Source: Octopus vulgaris
Lineage: Eukaryota
Length of the DNA stretch: 64,000 nucleotides
Reading direction: 5' to 3'
Assembly: GCA_951406725.2 (NCBI GenBank)
Contig: OX597829.1
Span: 41,974,001 to 42,038,000 of the forward strand
A program made the translations under genes and the position numbers. The notes below the pieces were generated by a model. It was not told the origin of the DNA. It did no database searches and worked only from the letters and a program-made list of their open reading frames with translations. Of the stretch, positions 1 to 10,824 are shown piece after piece (positions within the stretch are counted from its first letter, which is position 1; each line of letters starts with the position of its first letter).

Positions 1-189
1 ACAACAACAACAGCAGCAGTAGCAGCGGCGGCGGTAGAAGTAGTAAAGATTTTTTTTTTATTTGTCACTAGAATAACGTATGAAGGGGATAGAGATAGAC
101 GACTAGCCTCCTTCCCACATATCTCAGGCCTAGTGCTTATGGAAGAAAAGATAATTTATATTGTTTTTGTGAGAGCTACTTTTCCTTGG

Positions 190-558
190 TGTTGATCTTA
201 AGGATGTTAATATTAAATATGATTATTAATACTATGTAACATCTGTAATGTATACATTTCCTTATTTTTTCTTGGGCCCAATGTTGATCTAAAGGAGTTG
301 ATATCAAATGTGGTCATTAATGTTATGTAAGATCGAATGCAGCGTAAGGAGTTAAAATTACAATAAATAAATTTAGTATTTAAAATTTTAATTATAAATT
401 TAAAGGTGGACAGAGTTATACAATGAAGTATACCTAGTAGGGGGTTACAGGAAAAATACTTTGAGCCCAATGTTGACTTAAAGGACGTTAATATTAAATA
501 TGGTCATAATATTATGTAACAAACAGTAATGTATTTTTTTCTTATTTTACTTGAGCCC
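190..558. repeat. Fragment of the foldback family seen at 3968-8533, with ~90-bp internal direct repeats
   Basis: About 335-460 is the reverse complement of about 7725-7860 (taaaattttaattataaatttaaaggtggacagagttatacaatgaa). The unit tgttgatct.aagga.gtt.atat.aaat.tg recurs at about 189, 282 and 471. Confidence 0.65.
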
Positions 559-659
559 TCGGATTCATAAGGTCGGTTTTCTGGTTTCCATGGCAAGTGA
601 CCAAGATATCACAACAGTTTCTCTAAACGTGACTGTGGTCCGTTGCAGCGCTCAAAGCC

Positions 660-855
660 AGTAATTTTTAGTCGGAGGGGACAAGTCGATTAACACTCGA
701 ATCCAGTACTTGATAGGTACTTTATTCCTTGTACTCTGAAGGGATGAAAAACAAAACCAACCTAGGCGGGTTTTGAATTCAGAACGTACGTAACCAACAG
801 AAAAGATGCGATGCATTTTGTCCCAGGTGATAACGACACCGTCAGCTCACCGCCT
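660..855 (-). mobile_element. Degenerate tRNA-derived SINE, family S2 (Nin/Deu-domain-like)
   Basis: Diverged match to the clean copies at 7358-7589 and 63363-63661 (aagtcgat..., gggatgaaaa, gaattcagaacgt, cagctcaccgcc). Confidence 0.7.
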
Positions 856-979
856 AGTACTGTATATGAAGCGTCTTTTTTCTTGTATGCGAGATGGGGA
901 TGCTGTGGTGAAACCAAATATTCAGAAAAAGCTTCAGAAATAGTGCTTTAATCATTAGTGCCCTCGACCGAGAAGCAAC

Positions 980-1365
980 AGGCGTGTTCATCTCCGGTCT
1001 AGAGCTAATCGACTTTTTCGTTTTCCACATGAAACGGAAAATAAGGCTGGAGAAGAAATGCCTGTCGCAAAGTGTGTTTCATAAAAGATGGAAGTCTATA
1101 GCAAGTATGTTGCGAGTGAAAGAACTTGTTTAAATGAGAATATAAAAAGGAGAAAGCAAATTCTTCAGTGTGAGTCTGTGGTTTGTGGGGTCAACCGCGT
1201 CCTCCGCTTCATTTTTTGTTATTCATTCATTCTCATTTAATTGTATATATTTTAATTGTTTGTTTATTCATATGTTTCGTCTCATTCGATACCCTGACCC
1301 CAATGTTTGTTCTGTCTGTCCTCGTATCACCCCTCTTTTTCTCAACCTCATGGTTAATAAAGAAA
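980..1365 (+). mobile_element. 5'-truncated Tx1/L1-clade LINE 3' end with TSD
   Basis: Translates GVFISGLELIDFFVFHMKRKIRLEKKCLSQSVFHKRWKSIASML, homologous to the C-terminus of ORF 2284-2712. The 3' UTR ends aataaagaaat. Flanked by the direct repeat gacc(g/a)agaagcaac at 966-979 and 1368-1381. Confidence 0.75.
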
Positions 1366-2230
1366 TTGACCAAGAAGCAACGATAGGGTTTGGGGAGATA
1401 AAATAATAATAAAAAAACTGTAAATAACGACATACATAAAACATGTGGTCATTCGGCCTGCAAGAAAGAGCATCAGATCTCCTATAAATCAACCCTTAAA
1501 CGAATAAAGAAGAGCACATTCAGTAATCTTAAATACACTTTACCTAAAAAAAAAAGACAGTGTTACTGTTGGAATACCTTTCGTCATAATTCTGCTCATG
1601 ACTTTTGTTGTTTGCGCCAGGTGTGCAATCTGAGGGCTAAACAAGAAAAACTAGCACACGCTTACAAGCTGACACTACTATCTCCTCTCCCACCGAAAGG
1701 GAACTATTTGCTTGATAGACAACGCTTCACACACCAATGCGTTATTTTAAAACCATTGACCAACACTCAACGAGCTTTATCTCAGCTCCAATTCTTCTTT
1801 TGAAATATGCAACCGTCATTACTTCTTCGAACTTGCTTCTTATTTTCTGGCATATTCATTCTACAATGACTTGCTCCACTAAACACATCGCCCCATTCTT
1901 TCTACCGAAAATTACGTCTCTTAAAAAAACTACATGTTTGTTTCTACAAATTAAAAACAAAATTAAATCTCAACTTCAACTATAATAACCATAAACAGAT
2001 GTATTTTTTCTCATAGTTTAACGTCAGCTGGTAATGGAAAAAAATGCTAGAAATATCTGATTTCACGTTGTAAATCATGGGCACCCCTTTTGCGAGAAGC
2101 GGGCCGCATGAGACATACGTAGCTCGTCATCAGGCGGACCGCACTACTGAAAGATTTCAAAGTAACTTTTAGTTATGTGTTTGGATGACCTAAATTATAC
2201 AATGCTCCTTTTTTTTTCAAAACTTGATAT

Positions 2231-3272
2231 AGGCGTAGGAGTGGTTGTGTGGTAAGTAGCTACCTGTTCGTGATAAACTGTCAATGCACGGAAGTGCCGT
2301 CTCGCCGACATATCCGAGGTGCGGGCAGGACAGGGAAACCGTCTTGCACGCATTTGTGGAGTGTCCGGAATTAACGGGACTGATAGTTTTCGCAGAGCAA
2401 CTGTTGTCATCGATGGGAAGAGTACAGCTATCAGCTGAATCTATCATCGAGATTGTGCCGCCTCCTCCCCTTAACAGGGAAAGGAAGGCTTGCTTTTCCT
2501 GCATAGTAGCCATACTGAAAGAAACAGTATGGAAGACACGTGAGAGAGGCATAGTGTCGGGTACCTTTATATCCGGCCAGGGATTGGTTAACTTTTTTAG
2601 TTACTACCTCTGTAATAAGATCAGGCTGGAGAAAAGGTACCTGTCACAAGATAGATTCATGAGAAAATGGAAGCCTGTGGCGAGGAAGCTGGGAGTGTTT
2701 GGCACCAGGTAAGTGGAAGCCAAAAACAGGAAAGAAAAAGCAAGGGGTCTACCCCGGTGGTCGGATGCCTATCCTTCAGAGAAGCCATTACAAATTTCAT
2801 TTGTAATGAGCAACGCTTAAGTCAAAAGTTATAAACATATTTATTAAATTATTGTAAATTTTAAATTTTAAATATTTAATCTCTACAGCTACTTCACCCT
2901 TTTATGTTTGTCTGTCCTTGTTCGTCCCCTCTTTGTAATGCCTTCATGGCAAATATTTATGAAATAAAGTAGCTTGCTTACCAACCACATGGTTCCAGGC
3001 TCAGTCCCACTGCGTGGCACCTTGGGCAAGTGTCTTCTACTATAGCCTCGGGCCCACCAAAGCCTTGTGAGTGAATTTGGTAGACGGAAACTGAAAAAAA
3101 CCCGTCGTGTATATGTGTATATACATATATATATGTATGTGTGTGTATATGTTTGTGTGTCTGTGTTTGTCCCCCAACATCGCTTGACAACCGATGCTGG
3201 TGTGTTTACGTCCCCGTTACTTAGCGGTTCGGCAAAAGAGACCGATAGATAATTACTAGGCTTACAAAGAAT
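2231..3272 (+). mobile_element. tRNA-derived CORE-type SINE (family S1, OR2-like) split by a LINE insertion
   Basis: The head ggcgtaggagtggttgtgtggtaagtagct (2232-2261) resumes at 2975 with tgcttaccaaccacatggttccaggctcagtccc...ccttgggcaagtg, matching the intact copy at 3504. Confidence 0.85.
2262..2966 (+). mobile_element. 5'-truncated Tx1/L1-clade LINE (ORF2 C-terminal zinc-knuckle region plus 3' UTR)
   Basis: ORF 2284-2712 contains xPRCGQDRETVLHAFVECP (zf-RVT-like CCHC knuckle) followed by KETVWKTR. TSD aagtagct at 2254-2261 and 2967-2974. Confidence 0.8.
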
Positions 3273-3503
3273 ATTCATATTCTCTGCTAACGAGTGGAAA
3301 AATCCGTTGGATTAATCCCGAAATTGATCAATACAGAGATAACGCATTTAAAAAAAAATCTGTTAGCTTTCTTTCCTCGATTCAGCACAATGTGTATTCA
3401 TTAATGATGTATATTGTATGTGGTGATTGACGATTTAAAGTCTATTTCTCAGTATATTGGCATAGAAATTTTTTTTTCTTTTGCCCTTATTTATAAATTG
3501 CTG

Positions 3504-3912
3504 AGGCGCAGGAGTGGCTGTGTGGTAAGTAGCTTGCTAACCAACCACATGGTTCCGGGTTCAGTCCCACTGCGTGGCATCTTGGGCAAGTGTCTTCTGC
3601 TATAGCCCCGGGCCGACCAATGCCTTGTGAATGGATTTGGTAGATGGAAACTGAAAGAAGCCTGTCATATATATGTATATGTATATATGCATGTGTGTGT
3701 TTGTGTGTCTGTGTTTGTCCCTCTAGCATTGCTTGACAACCGATGCTGGTGTGTTTACGTCCCCGTCACTTAGCGGTTCGGCAAAAAAGAGACCGATAGA
3801 ATAAGTACTGGGCTTACAAAGAATAAGTCCTGGGGGTTGATTTACTCGACTAAAGGCGGTGCTCCAGCAGGGCCGCAGTCAAATGACTGAAACAAGTAAA
3901 AGAGTAAAGAGT
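3504..3912 (+). mobile_element. Full-length SINE, family S1 (tRNA head, CORE-like domain, internal microsatellite, (gtaaaaga)n tail)
   Basis: A-box tggctgtgtgg, B-box ggttcagtccc, CORE-like catcttgggcaagtgtctt, 3' hairpin cagtca-aa-tgactg. About 12 copies in this window. Confidence 0.88.
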
Positions 3913-5069
3913 ATATATATACATACAAACAGGGTATACAAACAGGTTGCTGATTCTCTTGGTGTACTATAATCAAATGAATAAAAAAAAGCTCCAGATG
4001 GAACGGTGTCAGCTCACTTCAGCTGTTTCTTACGTACTTATAAATGAAGAATGAGTACATTACATTACTATAAAAGGCCTTATTCATCATGTGAGAACAT
4101 AATTTTTTTTCAGAATGAAAGTGGTATCTCAGGAATGTATCACAAATGTGTGTGTGTGGAAGCCGGGCTATGGGGACGAAATGACCAACAAATGTTAGCC
4201 GTTAAATTGTAGTTCTTGAGATAGTGTGATACGATATCTAAGGTCAGTGCGGCTGGATGGGAAGGAGTCAGCCAGACACGAACAAGTGTAGACTTTGAAG
4301 ATAATTTATAGTAGGGCAAGAGTAGTGGTCATTAGGAGAGGTCATAAAGAACTATTAAGGGAAAATAAGGTGATAAATCAATTAACAATGTGGTGAAAGA
4401 AACTAAAATGTAAAAATAAAAAATGAAAAGTAAATGTATATAATAAAGAAAAATAACAAAAAACAAATGAAAAGACAAAGGGAAAAAACAATAAAACAGT
4501 AAACAAAATAAGAGCGAATCCAGGGTGGTATTGGGGTAAGAAGCACAGAAAAACTTAGGGTATACAGTGTATACAGGCTATTCGGTCAAACTGTCTACAC
4601 CAGTAACTAACCAGGTATTTATTTAGCTCTGCTACAGAAGAAAAAAAATTTCTGCACCAAATTTTTTTTATTGAGGCAGCAAAATTATATACACCCTTCC
4701 CAGATCGCCTGTAAAGAATTGATTTCAGCAAAAATCCGGAGATATACAGGACTGCCCTAGGTACCGTCCCATTCCAATCCCTCCGTTTTCCACGGACAAA
4801 ATGTATTTCCCGCACATTATGAGGTCAATTAAGACGATTGCAACGAAAAAAAAAAAAAAAACACGCAGGAGACGGAGTCGGAAAGGGGAATTTCCGAGGT
4901 TCCGCCCCAACTCCACCCCTTCATTTTCCGCGAAAAAAATATGCATTTCCGACAGCTTACGCGGTCAACTAAGACGATTGCATCCCCACAAAAAAGGGGG
5001 GGGGGCATTATTTACTACCAAAATCGTGTCTGCACTACACCTAGTTGGGGTTTAGAGAGAAGATACCAG

Positions 5070-6430
5070 GGATCTTTTCTATTCTGAAGCCAGGACCACA
5101 GATCTTTCTACTTAACTAAATAATCTGAAACTTCGTATGCTGATAGAGTCTAGCAAAACAAGACACAGGTTGGAACTAGTTTATTTGAGAAAAATCTATT
5201 TTATGACTTTAATCGTAGATTAAAACTGCGAATTTTAACCAATCAGATTGTTTGTTTTCATGTGTAAAACTTGACTGCATTCTATTAGTGTGACGTAGAA
5301 AGCGCTTTTGTGACGTACTAACGTTCGGAAAACTGTAAACAAACACGGCAGACGAAATACGGCTACGCATTTCGCCCGGCGTGCTAACGTTTCTGCCAGC
5401 TCTTTGCTTTTTTAATATTAAATTTCGGCGAAGTTTCGCTTGTCGTAGCACAAGTTTTCCGTCGATTTCCGTAAAAAACTTTTATTTTTTTACATAAATG
5501 AGAGCGAAAGAGACTAAGGGGAAGCGATTTTATGACGAGGGAAGTGTGTCTTTGAAGTTACCGTCTAGGGCAGGGGTGGGCAAACTTTTTTGAACCTTGG
5601 CGGGCCTCATTTATAAAAATCAAGTGAAAATATTGTGAATTACCGTACAGTTACGAAGTATCTGCATAGAAGTTGGGATTCATAAAAGCTCTCGGCGGGC
5701 CGCATGAAAACCTATGGCGGGCCGCATGCGGCCCGCGGGCCGTAGTTTGCCCACCCCTGGTCTAGGGGAAGCATTGATGTACATGTGTGTGTGTGTGTGT
5801 GTTTGATGGGGTGTGGGAGACAGTATGTTGTGTAAGTGAAGTGCTTCTGTTAGTGTGTGTGAAGAGACAGAGAGAGTAATGTGTGAAAGAGAGAGATAAC
5901 TGAAATTTTTTACTCGGTGTATGTGTATATGTATGTCTGCATGTATGTGTGTGTGTGTATGTATCTATGTATGTATGGCCAATTCATCGTAATTACGATT
6001 ACGATGAATCGGCTATACATACATACACACACACACATACATACACACACACACATACTTACACATACATACACACACACATACATGCAGACATACAGAA
6101 TGGAAACATTTTCAATTTAATACATGTGGCTTATTAACTAGTTTTAAATATTGTTATTAGAAGGTGGCTGACTTGTTTACATTTAAGATGTTAAATACGT
6201 CACGAAATTGGTGGTCGAGACGGAGTAAATAAAATAAAGCCGAATGACGGAATATCATTGGTTAAAATTCTAATTATTAAACAACGTTAAACTTAGAAGT
6301 TACAATTCCGTTTTCATTCTGGTTTACAATTAAGTTTACTTTTGACACATTCTACCAGTATACGAAGTTTCAAATTGTTTGGTTCAGTAGGAAAAATTTG
6401 AAAAAACTGGCCTCAAAATAGAAAAGATCC
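5070..6430. mobile_element. Non-autonomous Merlin-like DNA transposon
   Basis: TIRs ggatcttttctatt(c/t)tga(a/g)gccag extend imperfectly for >100 bp. Perfect 8-bp TSD gataccag at 5062-5069 and 6431-6438. 5'-GG termini with an 8-bp TSD fit the Merlin superfamily. Confidence 0.8.
5571..5759. mobile_element. hAT (Charlie-type) MITE, 189 bp
   Basis: Perfect 16-bp TIR caggggtgggcaaact/agtttgcccacccctg. 8-bp TSD gtctaggg at 5563-5570 and 5760-5767. Subterminal gcgggccgca repeats. Confidence 0.92.
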
Positions 6431-6611
6431 GATACCAGATCAAATACCGGAGAAACACAGTCAAAGAGAGGTAGTCTATATAATAAGTATGGAGTGTTAA
6501 AGGGGTGGCGATGATATTAAAATTAATCTGGTATGAACAACTTAAGGGTGAATGAGGTGATGCGAGTCAAGACGATAGCCATAGTTAAGAGGTTCTATCT
6601 ACAACGGTATC

Positions 6612-6747
6612 ATCTTTTCTACTCTAGGCACAAGGCCCGAAATATTTTGGGGGTGGGGACCAGTCGATTAGATCGATCCCAGTACGCAACTGGTACTTAA
6701 TTTATCGACCCGAAAGAATGAAAGGCAAAATCGACCTCAGCGGAATC
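6612..6747 (-). mobile_element. SINE S2 3' fragment (alternative tail)
   Basis: gtcgattagatcgatcccagtacgcaactggtacttaatttatcgacccgaaagaatgaaaggcaaa, with tail cttttctactctaggcacaaggcccgaaa. Confidence 0.8.
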
Positions 6748-6988
6748 TACTATGATATAATCGTTGCATAGAACTGCATCATGGTGTATGGAGAACATAA
6801 ATGGTATTAATGGAGAAGGACGAATCGTTTGTGTGTAGGCCGCCACTAGAGGTTACCTGTCATATGATAAGGGCGGTTAGAAGGTATAGGTAAAGGTAAA
6901 ACAGGGATGAGTTGGAAAGCGTGGACCTATAAGGACCTTCTGACCGCTTTTACTATACTTGATAAGTATGCAATATCGAAAGAACATA

Positions 6989-7589
6989 ACTATTTCTTTA
7001 CTACCCACAAGGGGCTAAACACAGAGAGGACAAACAAGGACAGACAAACGGATTAAGTCGATTATATCGACCCCAGTGCGTAACTGGTACTTATTTAATC
7101 GACCCCGAAAGGATGAAAGGCAAAGTCGACCACGGCGGAATTTGAACTCAGAACGTAACGACAGACGAAATACCTATTTCTTTACTACCTACAAGGGGCT
7201 AAACACAGAGAAGACAAACAAGGACAGACGTAGGTATTAAGTCGATTATATCGACCCCAGTGCGTAACTGGTACTTATCTAATCGACCCCGAAAGGATGA
7301 AAGGCAAAGTCGACCACGGCGGAATTTGAACTCAGAACGTAACGACAGACGAAATACCTATTTCTTTACTACCTACAAGGGGCTAAACACAGAGAAGACA
7401 AACAAGGACAGACAAACGGATTAAGTCGATTATATCGACCCCAGTGCGTAACTGGTACTTATTTAATCGACCCCGAAAGGATGAAAGGCAAAGTCGACCT
7501 CGACGGAATTTGAACTCAGAACGTAGCGGCAGACGAAATGCCGCTAAGCATTTCGCCCGGCGTGCTAACGTTTCTGCCAGCTCGCCGCC
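6989..7589 (-). mobile_element. SINE S2 tandem trimer (one tRNA head plus three ~185-bp bodies) with TSD
   Basis: Units start tatttctttactacc at about 6991, 7175 and 7359. Minus-strand head ggcggcgagctggcagaaacgttagc...gagttcaaattcc. Nin-like cctttcatcctttcggggtcgat. TSD atat(c/t)gaaagaacata at 6973-6988 and 7590-7605. Confidence 0.9.
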
Positions 7590-8543
7590 ATATTGAAAGA
7601 ACATACCTTCTTATCTGTCTTGTACCTGGTAACCTCCAGTGGCGGCCTACACATTGTGGATAGAACCTCTTACCCCTTTAACGCTTCATACCCTCTTTTG
7701 ACTGGTTTCCCCGGTATCTGACCTGGTATTTCTCCTCTAACCCCCAACTAGGTGTAGTTCATTGTATAACTCTGTCCGACCTTAAATTCATAATTAAAAT
7801 TTTAAATACGATATTTATTTTTTGTAATTTTAGCTCCTAACGTTACATTTGATTTTACTTAATATTAAATTCTGTAAAGCCTGATGGCCGTATTAGTTCT
7901 TCCCCACCCCTTATCTTCCCTATAATTATACACTGTATACCCTAAGTTTTTCTGTGCTTCTTATCCCGATTCCACCCAGGATTCGCTCTTATTTTGTTTA
8001 CTGTATTATCGTATTTTTTTCCTTTGTCTTTTCATTTGTTCTTTGTTATTTTTCTTTATTATATACTTTTACTTTTCATTTTTTATTTTTACATTTTAGT
8101 TTCTTTCACCTCATTATTAATTGATTTATCACCTTATTTTCCCTTAATAGTTCTTTATGACCTCTCCTAATGACCACTACTCTTTGCCCTACTATAAATT
8201 ATCTTCAAAGTCTACACTTGTTCGCGTCTGGCTGACTCCTTCTCATCCAGCTGCACTGACCTTAGATATCGTATCACACTATCTCAAGAACTACAATTTA
8301 ACGGCTAACATTTGTTGGTCATTTCGTCCCCATAGCCCAGCTTCCACACACACACACATTTGTGATACATTCCTGGGATACCACTTGCATTCTGAAAAAA
8401 CTTATGTTCTCACCTGATGAATACAGCCTTTTATAGTGATGTAATGTACTCATTCTTCATTTATAAGTACGTAAGAAACAGCTGAAGTGAGCTGACACCG
8501 TTCCATCTTGTGTTCTTTATTGATTTGATTATATATCTATATA

Positions 8544-8708
8544 TGAGTGGCTGTGTGGTAAGTAGCTTGCTAACCAGCCACATGGTTCCGGGTTCAGTCC
8601 CACTGTGTGGCATCTTGGGCAAGTGTCTTCTGCTATAGCCCCGGGCCGACCAATGCATTGTGAGTGGATTTGCTAGACGGAAACTGAAAGAAGCCTGTCG
8701 TATATATG

Positions 8709-8745
<37 letters not shown>

Positions 8746-8958
8746 TTGTGTGTTTTTCCCCCTAGCATTGCTTGACAACCGATGCTGGTGTGTTTACGTC
8801 CCCGTCACGTAGCGGTTCGGCAAAAGAGACCGATAGAATAAGTTCTGGGCTTACAAAGAATAAGTCCCGGGGTCGATTTGCTCGACTAAAGGCGGTGCTC
8901 CAGCATGGCCGCAGTCAAATGACTGAAACAAGTAAAAGAGTAAAAGAGTAAAAGAGTA
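8544..8958 (+). mobile_element. SINE S1, near full length
   Basis: Near-identical to 3504-3912. Confidence 0.88.
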
Positions 8959-8961
8959 TAT

Positions 8962-10050
8962 TCTTTTACACTTTTATTCTTTTACCTGTTTCAGTCATTT
9001 GCCTGCGGTCACGCTGGAGCATCGCCTTTAGTCGAACAAATGGACCCCCCCGCACTTATTCTATCGGTCTCTCTAGCCGAACCACTAAGTTACGGGGACG
9101 TAAACGTACTAACATCGGTTGTCAAGCGACGGTGGGGGGAGGTACAAACACAGACACACACACACAAGCGCGCGCACAGACACAGAGGATCTTTTCAATC
9201 TCAGTCATAGATTTTTAAATTAAATTTTTTAAACCAAACTGTTTGAAACTTCGGCTACTGGTTGAATGTGTCACGTAGAAAACGATTTACTCTGAACGTT
9301 TTTGACAAAATTCTGTACTTTAGAAGTTACTTCGTGTTAAAGTTGTCGCATTTTGGGTAATTTTAACCAATCAATGACGTGTATTCAACTGAAGAAAGTT
9401 ACTGCTGTTTGCAAAAGTAATGGAAGAGCAACAACATCCGGGTTATCAGTTTTGGACGCTGCATACATATATGTACGTAAATACACAGATACATGTATAC
9501 GTATACACACACACACACGCACATACACACCAATACATACACACATGCAACTTTTAAAACGCTGAGCAAAGGTAAGAGAGGTGGGTGTGAGGAATACATA
9601 GCTTTAAGGAAGGAGGGGGATTGTGAAGTTGACAACAGTTGTTCATGTAGCGTTTCTGTTGTCCATCACACACACACACACACACACACACATTCATATG
9701 TAGAGCTGAGAGCAAGGAAAAGGAGAGGGCTTAATAAATTAATATGCAGTGGTAGGGGGTTGGTAAGTTTATATAACCTGTCATTCAGATCGTCAACACA
9801 CCACCGCTCTTTCCGCTCTTTCTTTCTCTCTTTCTTTCTTTCTCTCTCTCTCTCGCTCTCTCTCTCTCTACGATTTGCTGGAAATAACAACCAAATCTCT
9901 CTCAATGTCACACGCTAACATTACATAAACGAGAGGACACAATGGATAAGATGGAAAAAATACATACCCACGCACACACGTATGTATTTCCTATAAAAGA
10001 ACTTTCTGTTTTTCTCACCTACCTTCCTTATCGTTTACACTTTTCTCCCA

Positions 10051-10092
<42 letters not shown>

Positions 10093-10567
10093 ACATCTCT
10101 CTCTCTCTCTCTCTCATGTCCCGATGACCCGGAAATTGTTGCTCTTCCATTACTTTTGCATACAGCAATAACTTTCTTCAGCTGAATACACGTCATTGAT
10201 TGGTCAAAATTACCCAAATACGACAACTTTAACACGAAATAATACAAAATTTTGTCACAAACTTTAAGAGTAAGTCGTGTTCTACGTGACACATTCAACC
10301 AGTATCCGAAGTTTCAAACTGTTTAGTTAAAAAAGAAATCGATTAAAAAATCTGTAACTGAGATTGAAAAGATACGACGGGATTCTTTCAGTTTCCATCT
10401 ACCAAATCCACTCAAAAGGCTTTGGTCGGCCCGAGGCTATAGTAGAAGACACTTGCCCAAGGTGCCACGCAGTGGGACTGAACGTGGAACCATGTGGTTG
10501 GGAAGCAAGTTTCTTACTACAGAGCCACTCCTGCGCCTACACAACCACGCCTGCGCCTACACAGCTA
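8962..10567 (-). mobile_element. SINE S1 split by a Merlin-like element (8962-9186 plus 10376-10567)
   Basis: The 3' half runs to acaaacacagacacac, and the sequence resumes gacgggattctttcagtttcc...agccactcctgcgcc after the insert. Confidence 0.82.
9187..10375. mobile_element. Non-autonomous Merlin-like element with ~260-bp TIRs
   Basis: 9187-9448 is the reverse complement of 10122-10375. Terminus ggatcttttcaatctcag. Shares gaaacttcg and ttttaaccaatca blocks with 5070-6430. No TSD recognisable. Confidence 0.78.
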
Positions 10568-10580
10568 CAGGCATTATATA

Positions 10581-10759
10581 AATAATGAAGAGTACTACTT
10601 GTAGCACCAGCATGCTAAAGATAGCAGTCAAAACGACTCAATAACCACAGTTTTCACTTGTACACAAGAGTAAAATCGAGAGAATGAGAAGTATAATTTT
10701 GAGTCGTTTTGACTGCTATCTTTAGCATGCTGGTGCTACAAGCAGTACTCTTCATTATT
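10581..10759. mobile_element. Hairpin MITE with 61-bp inverted arms
   Basis: aataatgaagagtact(a/g)cttgtagcaccagcatgctaaagatagcagtcaaaacgactcaa (10581-10641) vs 10699-10759, one mismatch. Confidence 0.8.
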
Positions 10760-10824
10760 AATTGATAATTTTGCATCTATGGTTCTTTTGCATCTGTTAA
10801 CTACTTTAAAAAAGAAATATTTTT

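Larger units (their letters stand above)
3968..8533. mobile_element. Large foldback/palindromic element with nested insertions
   Basis: 3968-4573 is the high-identity reverse complement of 7927-8533. Symmetry continues in pieces: 5033-5069 vs 7722-7759, 6439-6500 vs 7672-7721, 6586-6604 vs 7653-7671 and 6832-6890 vs 7605-7655. Confidence 0.85.

Noticed and set aside
2074-2150. Possible hAT MITE end (catgggca...gcgggccgca)
   Set aside because: No matching second TIR or TSD found.
8412-8445. ctgatga in the foldback arm (also at 16188 and 62647)
   Set aside because: No stem II plus GAAA follows. The 16188 instance is LINE coding sequence.
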